DNA of 5,553 nucleotides from a virus (Duplodnaviria; Heunggongvirae; Uroviricota; Caudoviricetes): IMG/VR virus record IMGVR_UViG_2541047097_000025; one strand, 5' to 3'. Shown piece by piece: positions 5,424 to 5,553 of this stretch (position 1 is its first letter; each line of letters starts with the position of its first letter). The notes under the pieces were generated by a model. It saw only the letters and a program-made list of their open reading frames with translations, ran no database searches and was not told where the DNA came from. The position numbers and the translations under genes were made by a program.

Positions 5424-5553
5424 TTTTCTCTTCACTCCGGTATACAAGGATTACTACGCCCCCTCTGCTAATTGCGCGAGCTGGATCCCCTGGTTCCATG
5501 CCGTCAATACCGAAGGCTTCGAAAAATGCATCTATTGCCTTTTGGCGTTGCTC
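5410..5553 (-). CDS. 3' end of an upstream ORF running off the window edge (partial)
   Basis: This is the only minus-strand frame open from 5553 to a TGA at 5410-5412. It overlaps the Ead-like start by 14 nt. The fragment has no recognisable domain. Confidence 0.35.
   Translation of the reverse strand, partial: EQRQKAIDAFFEAFGIDGMEPGDPARAISRGGVVILVYRSEEKNEQD

Noticed and set aside
5424-5447. Ead/Ea22-like start at TTG 5447
   Set aside because: The ATG at 5423 gives an N-terminus (MSKIDYQALREKAEKA) consistent with how I recall family members beginning; the TTG extension has no support.
1-5553. CRISPR array, tRNA/rRNA, or IS element/transposase
   Set aside because: No spaced direct repeats, no tRNA-like cloverleaf candidates and no transposase-like ORF or terminal inverted repeats were seen.

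Overview
This window reads as one end of a lambdoid-type prophage integrated into the host wrbA gene (Escherichia/Shigella-like). Every supported gene is on the minus strand. Positions 1-579 are the 3' portion of wrbA (NAD(P)H:quinone oxidoreductase), whose native 5' end has been replaced by phage sequence that supplies a new in-frame ATG. Upstream on the same strand are a DUF3596-type tyrosine integrase, an excisionase-like gene, a small zinc-ribbon gene bracketed by two intrinsic terminators, and then a tightly overlapping run of genes: ASCH-like, DUF551, five small unknown genes (one an AT-rich membrane-protein gene), an Ead/Ea22-like gene and a partial ORF at the window edge. No tRNA, rRNA, CRISPR array or IS element is visible. 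wrbA is a known integration site of Stx2-converting phages (933W/Sp5 type), but no stx or other cargo gene lies in this window, so phage identity is not established. The most interesting region is the block of small overlapping unknown genes at 3584-4650, which sits where lambdoid phages carry accessory and anti-defence cargo. All protein family assignments are from reading the translations by eye; no database search or computation was run.
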